Source: Bugula neritina
Taxonomy: Eukaryota; Animalia; Bryozoa
Reading direction: 5' to 3'
Assembly (NCBI GenBank): GCA_964035545.1
Contig: OZ037765.1
Coordinates: 31,433,504-31,497,503 of the forward strand
Length of the DNA: 64,000 bases
Positions 28,701 through 40,700 of the stretch are shown here, piece after piece. A model generated the notes under the pieces. It did no database searches. It saw only the letters and a list, made by a program, of their open reading frames with translations, and was not told the origin of the DNA. The first letter of the stretch is position 1, and every line of letters starts with the position of its first letter. Made by a program: the position numbers and the translations under genes.

Positions 28701-31700
28701 TTTCACATCAAGCCCCGAACCAATTTGTAAAAATTTTGGATTTTTTACTTTTAAATATTTTTTACGAAAAGAGCTTCAAAATAAATTTAAAAAAAAGTGA
28801 GCTGTTGTCCACATAAAAGGAAATATATGAGCCAATTTTCTAAATTCTGGAAGTTACCAGAGGGTCACAATATTTTTTTTTTAAATCTTTATTTTCACGA
28901 CAAGCTCTATATATTAATATAGAAAAAAAGAAGACAACTCTTCTTTCAGATTTTTCATGTGCCACGGTCACGTCAATATCAGTGCTATTAACACATATAT
29001 TTTAATTCATTTTTTCTGGTATATTGAGTTGAGATTTTTTTTATATATTTTGTGAATGTACCTAAAAAAGTATGATCTTTCAATTAACAGTAATTGATTT
29101 TATCAAAATAACCTGGATGCCTACGATGTTTAAAGAAAAAAATCGCAACCCTAAGTCAATAAGTTCTCTCATAATTTGACCAACTTTTTGTACCCCTATG
29201 ACCGTTGTGCCCCCCCCCCCCCTTACCTCTACACAATGTGTGGAATGTAAAGTTAATGCATTGTGTAACTATAGTAGTGTAATGTAACTATTGTAGTGTG
29301 GCTGTAGTTACACTAGTGTGATGTAGATACAGTAGTGTGGCTGTAGCTACTGTAGTGTTTCTGTAGCTACTATAGGGTAATGTAGCTACTGTAGTGTGTT
29401 GTAGATACCGTAGTGCAATGTAGCTATACTGTACTGTGGTGTAGCTACTGTAGTGTGGCTGTAGCTACTGTACTGTTTCTGTAGCTACTATAGGGTAATG
29501 TAGATACTGTAGTGTGTTGTAGATACCGTAGTGCAATGTAGCTACTGTACTGTGGTGTAGCTACTGTAGTGTGGCTGTAGCTACTGTACTGTTTCTGTAG
29601 CTACTATAGGGTAATGTAGATACTGTAGTGTGGCTGTAGATACTGTAGTGTGTTGTAGATACTGTAGTGTGATGTAGTTAAATAGGCTACTACCTGCTGT
29701 GAAAAAGAGTTGAGATAGCAGACTGGTACAAGTAACTCGCATGTCAAACAGTTGTTGGTGTTCTGTTTTTATACTGTGAAAGCTAGCTTCTTTTACCTGT
29801 AACCTGTGTTGTGAATTGAGTAAATATTGTCATCTGTAGAGTCTATTTCACTGTCTATTGAAGGATATCCATTGCAAAAAAATTCTAGCCTTGAAATTTA
29901 TTAAACGCTCACCAAAGATTTTGAAGAGCCATATTGGTGTGAATTGGCTGCAGATGTTTATTAGTCTACACTTGAAAGTGATTATGTAGCATTATTAAAT
30001 ATAGTATATTGTAATAATATGTAATATCTTATAATATCCAGTTTCAACATAACATTTCCTGCTCTTTATATGCCTTATTCAGGATTATTGAAACTGGCAT
30101 GTCTTAGTAAGGTAGAGTTACTAAAATTCTTCAAGATATCAACTTAATTATCTTAAATACTGGAAAGTGCTAGTAGTTGTTGTATGGTTTGCTTAAAGTT
30201 TACTTTTTATTATTTCAGGAATATAGAATTATGTTCTCTTTAACACTAAATGTATGTTTATGGTCAGGTTTGCATGTGTTGGTCCTTGTTCCGTTCTTTG
30301 CTCAGCCTCTGGTTGGGTATCTAAAGAGTTAACATTAGTATTATTTACGGAGTAATAGTAAGTTCTAGGGCTAATAGGATCACTCAGCTTCATATTTTAA
30401 GCTGGTCCCTAGTTGCAAGATTTAGTCAATCCTAAGCAATAATTCTCTATTCGTGCTAGATTCTCCATCACCAAATAATTTACTATCCAATATTGAGTCA
30501 GCGCTTGGTAAAACTCACGCAATTTTATGGTCACTATACCTGTGAGAAACCCCTGACAGAAGAGATTTTTTGGTATATCGGGCTAATGACTTATTCAGAT
30601 GTGACACAGGAGCAATTATGACTGGATGCTCTTCCTAACATCACCAATGGCCTTTGTTGGGTTCGAACCCATGACTTTGTGCCTACTAGGCAAACGCTCT
30701 AACCCCTAGACCACGGCTGCTCAGTTGGTAAAAGTTTGACAGCTTCAAGATTACAAGACTTGCATTTGACATAAAAACAAATACATTTTGCTTCATGTTG
30801 CTTAGACTACAGCTTAGGATTTATCTTACGTATAACACAACTTAATCACTCTATTTCCTAGTTTCATTCTATACCCTAGTGGTGAGGTGATATACACAGT
30901 GTAGACTTACGGCAAGCTCTTTACGCAGTACAGGTTGTTTGTATGGAGATGATTGCAGCAGAGTTCCTTAGGGTAACACTCACTGTCTTTTTCACACTCC
31001 ACTAGATCTTTGTTGCTGAAAGCATGTGGGCAGTACTGTCCTACAATAACATATATAATATGTATGTGTAATTTTTATGGATATTTCATAAAGTCCAGAG
31101 AGCCTAGCTTTGATTTATGTGACTGCTAATACAAATATCACCTTTATTATATTATGTCACTATATTATTATGTATTCTGTCAATGTATTATATATCATTT
31201 ACTATCTATAGTTTAATCTCAACACTATTTTCACCTACCTCTTACCACCTGTAAAAGAGCAACAGTTCCCAAGAATAGTATAACCAATAACTTCATGATA
31301 AAAGCTGTTAACAGTTAGACAGATGTGAATATAATGACTGTTTACTTCATAGTTCTCCTTTTATATTTTAAAGTCAAAGTTGCACGCGGTGCTATGTCCT
31401 TCTTCCTTGTATTTCTAGTCTCCGCTATCCTAGTTATCCTAGTTATCCTCATTATCCTCGGCTTAAGTTTATTATTTCTTAGACCTTGCCGGACATTTCC
31501 CCACACACTAAGTAAGATGAAATTATCGCTATAGCTATTGATGTGTTGGTATTTCATCATAATAGCTGATGGCATTATGTTCATAGCTTCCATAATAATT
31601 TATTTAAAATTATTTTGTTAAATTTAAAAAATACACGATAGAAATGTTTATATAAAATAACTTAACAAATTCTTTACCAGCCTCTTCTCTCCCACTAAAA

Positions 31701-34700
31701 TAATGTAATGCTTAATAAGGTGTGCCATTGGTGATGTTAGGAAGAGCATCCAGTCATAATTACCCCTGTGCCACACATGAACAAGTCCTTAGCTAGCTTT
31801 AACCTAAAACTCTTTCCATCAGGGATTTCTCATAGGGATAGCGACTATTAACTTCTGAGAAAATCATCACCTTTCTGAGAGCAGCTTTAGTATAAAAACT
31901 CTTGCAATAAATTTATAGAACAATTCACTATCCAGTTTGGATTAGTATTTCTCTTGCTTTGACATTAAATGTAGCAGAGTATAGGAGATACACGATTATT
32001 CATTTCACTCGCACTCCATCAAACTAGCAGTCCAATAAAATTATAAAATTTTGATTGTAATGATAACTTTTTAGATTATAGGGGTGGGGGGCACAATGGG
32101 CTGAATTTGTAATTTGTTGCTCTCATTCGTCTGTTTTCCAAGTTACTAGTTCAATGATCTCTAGTCTAAATGCTACACCAGTTGTCTATTATAGGTATCA
32201 GTTTGTTGTTTCTATCTTTCACAACTTTCAGAATAATGAAGTTTTCATGATGAAAAAACTGGGCTGATTTTTGCAGCTTTCAAGGGAAAAGCTCCCAATC
32301 CTGTCATTCCAGTGTTCAGTGCCTGTGCTTCTTTTTTAAAGAAATGCATCACTTTCAGTTTCCTGAAAGTATTCTGATAGCTCAGCTACTTTAAAGCAAT
32401 TAATGCACAGTTTTTCTCAGTTTCTACAGCTCAAAAGAGTAAAATTCACTATGCAGTTTGGATCAGTATTTCTCTTGCTTTGACATTAAATGTAGCAGAG
32501 TATAGGAAATACATGGTTATTCATTTAACTCACACTTCACCAAAATAGCAGCCGAGTAAATATTCACCGGCTTTCCATGGATGGATCTCGGTGAGATTAT
32601 AATAGGGAGCAGCCGTGGTCTAGGGGTTGGGTTAAGCTACATGTACACAAGCCGATTTTTCATTAATATGGCCAATAAACTGTCTGACGATTTTTTTAGG
32701 ATTTTTAATTTATCATCGGATTTTGCTTCTGGCCGATTTTTGAAGCAATTTTCAGAATTGAACATGATCAATTTTTCAGCCGATTTTCTGTTGAACCAGC
32801 CAATCAAAAGGTGGCAGAAAATCATGACAGCGAGCGAAATTAACACCATTGTTGAAATACAACCAGGGAGTAATTAATACATTGCTATCGCTACGATACA
32901 CCATTTATGAAATACAATTAATTAAAATAACTATCAACAGCAGTAGTAGTAATAACAACACATTGGTTGTTGTGTAACTTTGAGAAAGTTCGTTTCACTT
33001 TCATGGACATTCCTTAAATATTGCTTTTTTTTTAAATATAGAACACTGGTATTATTCTTAACTTTTACTCATTTATAATATAATTTATTACTTGTAGTTT
33101 ATATGTTGTTGTTTTTATATTCATGTAACCAGTATTAGTATCTCAACTTTACAATTTAATTTTTTCAAGAGAACAGATTTGCCCAATCTAGAGTTTTCCT
33201 TAACTATATTATAAGCAATAACGATTAAGTTAAACTTCTAGTTTTAAACTAAATAGTTTAAAAAATTTGGTAAGTGATGTTAATAGTGTAGCTTAGTAAT
33301 TTATGGATAATTATAGACATTGAATCTGGTTAAATAAATAGCTACCAAGCCAGCTATTTGCTTTTTAATTTAATACAAAAATTGAAAATAAAATTTTATG
33401 CAACTTTCAAATGCAGCAAGCTATCGACAAATTATACACAGCCAGTTTATTTTATTCAGTTTTTATTTATTAGTTCATCAGAATAAACATAAATGTTGAC
33501 GTCGCAATATTTTGATTGATTACTACGCTAAGGCAAAGACCCCGATCTTGACCTCTGCTCGTAAACCTAAGAAAGTTATATAGACTGAGAGCCATCCACC
33601 AATAAAACGCAAGCAGGAAAATAAAGCGAGGGAATAAAAATCGTCTGAATTTATAGGCCGATTTTCTAACCAGCAATAGCGAAATTGACAAGTACAAAGT
33701 AGGCTGAAAAATTTGGCCTGTGTACATGCAGCTTTAGAGCCCAGACAAAGGCCATTGGTGATGTTAGGAAGAGCTTCCAGTCATAATTGCTCCTGTGCCT
33801 CATTTAAATAAGTACTTAGCTCGCTTTAGCAAAAACCCTTTTCACCAGGGGTTTCTCACAGGTATGGTGGCTATAAACTTGCGAGAGTTTTATATAATAT
33901 AACATAATATCCACTGTCAACATAACATTTCCTGCATTTATATGTCTTATTCGGGATTGTTAAAACTGGCATGTCTTAGTAGAGTAGAGTTACTAAAATT
34001 CTTCAAGATATTAACTTGATTTTTTTAAATACTGGAAAGTGCAAGTAGTATTTATATGGTGTGCTCAAAGTTTATTTTTTATTATTTCAGGAATATAGAA
34101 TTATGCTCTCTTTAACACTGAATGTATGTTTATGGTCAGGTTTACATGTGTTGGTCCTTGTTCCGTTCTTTGCTCATCCTTTGGTTTGGTTTCTACAAAT
34201 TTAACATTCATATTACTTGCAGAGTAATTGTAAGTTCTAGGGCTAATAGGAAAACTCAACTTCAGGCTTTAAGCTCGTTTCTAGTTGCAATAATTCTCTA
34301 TTTATACTAAATTCCCTATTCACAAATAATCTACTCTGCAAACCTAACTCAGCAGTTGGTAAAATTTTGACAGCTTCAAACCTACAAGACTTGCATTTCA
34401 TGTTGAAACAAATACATTTTGCTTCACATTGCTTAGGCTGCAGCTTATGATTTATATTGGTGTCATCCCAGATAGACACTATTTATTTATTTTGGTGCAA
34501 TATATATATTTTATGTGCAATTTATTTAAATATTATTGAAATGATATATTTAACTAAACTTGGATCAATTATTTGTTATTTAGCACATAAATAAATTCCT
34601 TTGATTTGCATTAACTTATTAATTTTGCATTTTCTATACTTCTTGTCGTCTGAAAAGATATTTTATTAATAAGTATTCATTAAAGATTATTGATAATGTA

Positions 34701-37700
34701 TTACTGTTTCTTTTGTTTCACATGCATTATAATTTATATTAGCTTTTATAGCTATTAGCATAATATCTATTTGGCAATCAGTACAACAGTTATATAAGTA
34801 TATTACTATATATAATGGTACCAAAATAAAACATAGCGTCTATCTGGAATAAAACCTTTATATCATAACTTAAAGGATTGCTCTATCTTGTCTAATAAAT
34901 GGCCATTTAGGTCAAACACACATAATATTGTGTTTTTCTAAGCATGCATTCACAAAAAGCATTTGACCAAAGGTAGAAAAAGTTAGTTGAAGTTGAGGGT
35001 GTAGATTGGTAACTGCCAAAACGCCGATTTTGAAATGAGCTGGGAAATGTAACGTAACAGCGCCAGCATTCCTGCTGGTCACGTGACTATACAAATGAAT
35101 AACTATAGAAATATGACTGTGAGATGTGATCTTTCAGCTCGTAATTTGTATATTTATAGAAGTGCAAATGTGAATTATCTCAATCTATAGTTTTTTGACA
35201 TTTTAAATAACATGTATGTAATAACATTAGGCCATATTTTGCTTATAAACATTAGAAAAAAGCATTGCAAAAACATGCGTTCTTTAGGTTGAATGCCTGC
35301 GATCGATCTAAACTAGGTCAGATTGCGCAATATTACAGGCACACCAAAGCTGACCTATATAGCACACTGTAACTGCTTGATCGTTATTGGTTGATATTGT
35401 ACTCAGCAACCTTGAATACTAGCGTTATAGTTAGCACGTGCAGCATAGTTACTGGCGTTCACACGTCACGTATTAGGCTATTCTTTTTCATGGCTGAAAA
35501 TTTTACCTCCCTCAAAATTGGAATTTTGAAAAGCTGTTTTCTAGGCACATATTCCTTTGCAAAGTCACAATTGTTTGCATACACATTAAATTATAGTTCA
35601 TAATTATAATGTGATTGTAATAAACTAAGATTGAGCAATCCTTTAAACACTCTATTTCCTAGCTCTATTCTCCACTCTTGTGTTCAGGTAATATACACAG
35701 TATAAACTTACGGTGAGCTCTTCACACAGTAACCCTTGTTTGTATGGAGATGGTTGCAACAGAGTTCTTTAGGGTCACACTTGCTGTCTTTTTCACACTC
35801 CACTAGACCCTCGTTGCTGAAATTATGTGGGCAGTACTGTCCTGTAATGAGAATGGAATATATATAAATATAATATATATAATCCATGTACAATTTTTAC
35901 GGATATTTCATGAAGTCCAGAAAGTCAGGCTTTGGTTTATGTGACTGCTAATACAAATATCACTATCTTATATAACATTTACTCTATATTTTACTCTCAA
36001 CACTATTTCCACCAAATGACCCTCACCTACCTCTTACCACCTGTAAAAGAGCAACAATTCCCAAGAATAGAATAACCAACAACTTCATGATGAAAGTTGT
36101 CAACAGTTGGACAGATGTGAATATAATGAGTGTTTACTTCATAGTTCTACTTTTATATCCTAAAGTCAACGTTGCATAACGTGCTGTGTCCTTCTTCCTT
36201 GTATTCCTAGTCCAGGTTATCATTGGCTTAAGTTCATTATTTCTTAGACTTTGACGATATTTTCCAACTCAATAAATAAGATGAAATTATTGCTATGGCT
36301 GCTGGTGTGTTGGTAATTCATCGTAACAAAAGTATTAGCTTACATTGCTGATGGTATTATGTTCATAACATCCATCATAATTTATTTAAGATTATTCTGT
36401 TTGAGTTTACAAATAGTGCAGTAAAGATTTTTTGTATAAAATAACTTAATAAACCCTTCACCAGCTTTTTCTCTCCCACTAATATAACGTAATACTTAAT
36501 AAGGTGTATTTTAGTTTTGATGGAAATTGTAAATATATTTGCAAGCATTTTGATTTTTTTAACTCTAGTTCCATCTTTTTATACTAAAAATAAAACTTTA
36601 TTATTTTTTAGACTATAGTGACATATTCCAGTTCCAGTAAAACGCTGCGCTATTATATGATAATATTTTCCGCATGTTTTGTATCCAACACTACCACAAT
36701 GACTTCTTCATTTGTTGTCATATAATTCACACAGAAAGCACTTGGAGAGGTTGAGAGGTCAGCTTGCCATACACAGCAAAGAGCTAGCAGCGCTGAAAGA
36801 TGTGGATCTGAAGTCAGCCATCGAACAATCTAGCTTGCTGCAAGAGACGTACATCCTCACTGGTGACTACAACCTCAAGTTGGCTCGGCAGCAGTACTTT
36901 CAGGACTGTCAGCAGCAGGTAGTCAGAGGTTCTTTTTCTGCTCGTTTCTATTAATATATTTATTATAAATATATTCATTATAAATATATGTTGTATATAA
37001 CATATATCTCTAATATATATATTATAAATATATGTTGTATATAACATATATCTCTAATATATATATTATAAATATATGTTGTATATAACATATATCTCTA
37101 ATATATATATTATAAATATATGTTGTATATAACATATATCTCTAATATATATATTATAAATATATCTTGTATATAACATATATTTATTATATAACATAAA
37201 TATCTAATATATATTATAAATATATATTATATATAACATAAATATTTAATATATATTATATATATTATAAATATAAATAAATACACGAGAAACATTGTGG
37301 TTTTATTACTTTATTAGGCAAAAAATTAACTAATATTTCGGGCACCGCTGTGCCCATCTTCAGAATAACATCTTCATTCATTGTTATTTTGAAGATGGTC
37401 ACGGTGCCCGAAATATTAGTTAATTATTTTGCCTAATAAAGTAATAAACTACAATGTTTCTCGCCTACTTATTTATAATTGAAAAATATATTTATATTAT
37501 AAATATATATTATATATAATATATATCTCTAATATATGTAATATATATTATATATATGTGATATTATATGCATAATATTTATAGAAACATGTATATTTTT
37601 TCTATAAGTATTATACACTGCTTTGAGGGATCTTAAATTGAAGGGTTGAGTAAAAATTTGGTTAGCAGCAGCAGACAGCAGTGGGATGTTAATGGTAATG

Positions 37701-40700
37701 GTCAATGCAGCATGAATAGTAGGAAGCTTGAGTGTTTTGGTAGCAGTATGTAATGTTTTATGTTTAGATCATTTTTACAATTTGTGTAGTAGAAATGAGA
37801 TAGCGTGCAATTTTATAAACTTTCCTAATACTTGCATTTGCCGAAAACTGGTATGTTCGGGGTTTGGATGTTTTATGCACCATATTTTTGGAATCGCTCC
37901 ACTGACAGGATGTCATGTGATAGCTATTGAACACATCTCGTAGCAACAATGTCATATGTTCACTCTAGTTATAATAATTAACTTGCTATTCGCAGTCTAA
38001 AACTACCAGTGTAGCTTTTACTGCAAAAACTATATTTTAAAAAATAAATTGCATGTTTTATTGTATCGTGTTGCAATACAAAAGTGAAATAGGATGGAGC
38101 TAACTCATGTTCTCAGAATGTCAGGAAATGTTTCCTTGTCGTTTCCTGATAAAGGCATGATGAAAGGTTTGATAACCATTGTTTTGGTTCTGTGAGCACA
38201 CAGGTGGTTATTACGATATCCAGTTGTGTCTGAGTTTAGGTTACAGTGTGTGTAATGCAATAGCTTATGATTTTTACTATGATGATTGCAGCATCTCAAA
38301 TCTTCAAACCCTCTCTCACTCAACTTGTGTTCGTACATATCTGTGCAATTATGAAACTTTATTTTGTATGTTGGAGTTATGTCCCTTGGTTTAATGTGCC
38401 GACTGGACCACAAATAAGTGCTAAGAAACTTTCTAAACCTTCAAGTACCTCAATTTACTGCTAACTATCTATTTAGATTAGCTTTGGACAGCTTTTTACC
38501 ACACTTGTAACTAGAGTTCATTGGTGCATATCAAGTGAGGAGGCTCACTGTCTGCCATTTTGCATATATGGCATAAAAAAAATCAATATTTGAGTTTAAA
38601 TTTGAAAAAAATGCCTCTTTGCAAAATGCTTTATTTCAGCCAACATTTTACATTCATCAAAGATGTGTCTACATTTTTTCTAGAAGTAGCCTGAATGTCA
38701 TCACTCAGTGCTATGTGGAAGCTGCAGTGATGATTCCAACTTCAGCATAATACCAGCCCTGAATTGACCTATTTTATCTACTCAGGTTATTTCCAAGCTT
38801 GTGGACCAAAGAGCAAGAAATGAAATGCTAACTTTGATGTTGGAGGTAGAAATGGAAGAGATTCAGAAAGTTCGACACGTTCTCGCTTCCATCACAGCAT
38901 ATCTGCAGCAGCTTGCCTCCTCAGGCAAACACAGACTGGTTAGTAAACCAAAATTATTGTGGAAAAAATAATTTAAATTTTTATTAGATTTTTACACTCA
39001 AAGTTTATTAGGGGCTTCTTTTAATTAAGGCCAGATTTAAGATTATGACCTTAACATGAAAGCTGCTTGTCACCTTTTAGACTTTAGAGCATATTTTACT
39101 CATATGGCGAAATATGTCTATTTTTGAACTGTATTGCATTAAAATCTTTTCAAATTATTCCATGCCATTATTTACAATTTCAGTGTATTTTTCTTAGAAA
39201 ATGAAAAGTTGGTGTCATTATTTTTAGACTAACTTCTTGGAATTATTAAATTTATTAGCCTTGTTATTTTGGGCTAAATTTTGTCTATGACTGTACGTCT
39301 TAGTGCTTTGAAAATGGCAGTAAGTAATAAGTATGTAGCTTGTAAAATCTGGCTTCACTAGCCTATTCTGAATACTATAAATATAGAGTTGTTTTCCCTA
39401 TGTTATGAATGGATAACTCTGAATTTATTATTCTCCCTTGTTTGTTTTTTATCTCATCGTTACTCATTATTGATATTTTTATTGGTCAGCTGCAGCTAAA
39501 CTTAGTGAATTACCTTGATTTAATTTAGTTCAGTCGTCAAATTGTAAATAATTTGGGATTCCTCATAGGTCAACAATCACAAATATTAAAATTTAAAGCA
39601 GTTTTAAGGTTGGGTCAAGCGCAATGTTTTTTCAAATTAAAATTCCTGGTTCAGCAGTGCATTTTAATCAGTAGGTGTTTAATCTTTTGTTGACAGCAGA
39701 AAAACCTTTTCTTAGCAAAGAGACAAGCAACTGTGACTGTAGCATATGAATAATATTCAATATTTTACATATTGTATCTATATTCTATATAACATGTGAA
39801 GCTGTGATTGATTATATGAAAAAAATCAAATTTAAAATGATTGTTTAAGATTGCCATTTCTGATGCTGCATTGATTTGAATAAATTCTAATAATTCTGTA
39901 AGTAAGCAGATAAAAGAAGCCATTTTTATCAACTGTATTAAGAGTTATCGGCCCATATGTGAACCAGAATGACAATTTCTTATATATGCAAAGTGACCTC
40001 TTATATCTGGTCAGCTTAATTCATTCGGGGAAAAAAGCAGATGTTTGCAGCTTATAAAATATAACATCTTCAAACCATTCTATAGTCTTGATTCGATATC
40101 CAAAGATTTTCTGGGAGCTAATTTCAGCTTTAAAATTGTCTTCAAAAGACTGGTGGTGATTACAGTTATGTAATATAGTTATAATTCTACTCTGTTTTAC
40201 AATAACTAATAAATCTCCCCTAAAGCTATCATTGATTGTCTACATCATCACCTAGATATAAGAGGCCATTTTATTTACTGAAAAAAACAAATTGTGCAAT
40301 TTTCAGGCTTTGATTTGCCAAAATTTTTAACCAGTAAAACAAGTCATTAAAATTTTCAATTCGTTTGGTTGAGTGACAAAATGACATATTTATATCAAGG
40401 AATATTGAATAGCAAACATAATATTAATCCGGAATGATTTTCTGAAGATAACTTATAACTAATACTTGGACTATAGACTAACAAGTCATTTAGTTTCTGA
40501 TGGCAGTTTGCATCTCTGCTACTTCTTCCCTTTTTATTATGAAATTTGAAAACCTATAAATACCGGCTTCGATTCTAACAACATTCTTAATTCATTTTGT
40601 GATAATAATTAATCATAATTAAATAAAAAGGCAAAGCAAAAAAATACTGCGGCTTATCACAAATTGCAGTCTGTACTTCTGTTGACTGGACTGTTTGAAA

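Larger units (their letters stand above)
23809..29129. mobile_element. Decayed Kolobok DNA transposon
   Basis: TTAA TSDs at 23805-23808 and 29130-29133, and imperfect TIRs with core CGTARGCATCCAGGTTATTT. Convergent remnants of a transposase (+) and a KolX-like gene (-) lie inside. Confidence 0.8.
22590..29228. mobile_element. Same Tc1/mariner-type element, copy 2, split by a 5.3-kb Kolobok insertion
   Basis: 22590-23808 aligns with copy 1. Homology resumes at ~29130 and ends in the right TIR followed by TA. A third, truncated left end is at ~32081-32263. Confidence 0.8.

Noticed and set aside
31325-31593. ORFs on both strands upstream of peptide gene B (hydrophobic and Arg-rich)
   Set aside because: They overlap the TATA/promoter region, depend on a local 9-bp repeat, and the corresponding regions of paralogs A and C differ by indels.
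37728-38464. Cys/His-rich short ORFs in HAUS3 intron 7
   Set aside because: No recognisable domain or coherent splice structure; possibly decayed TE sequence.
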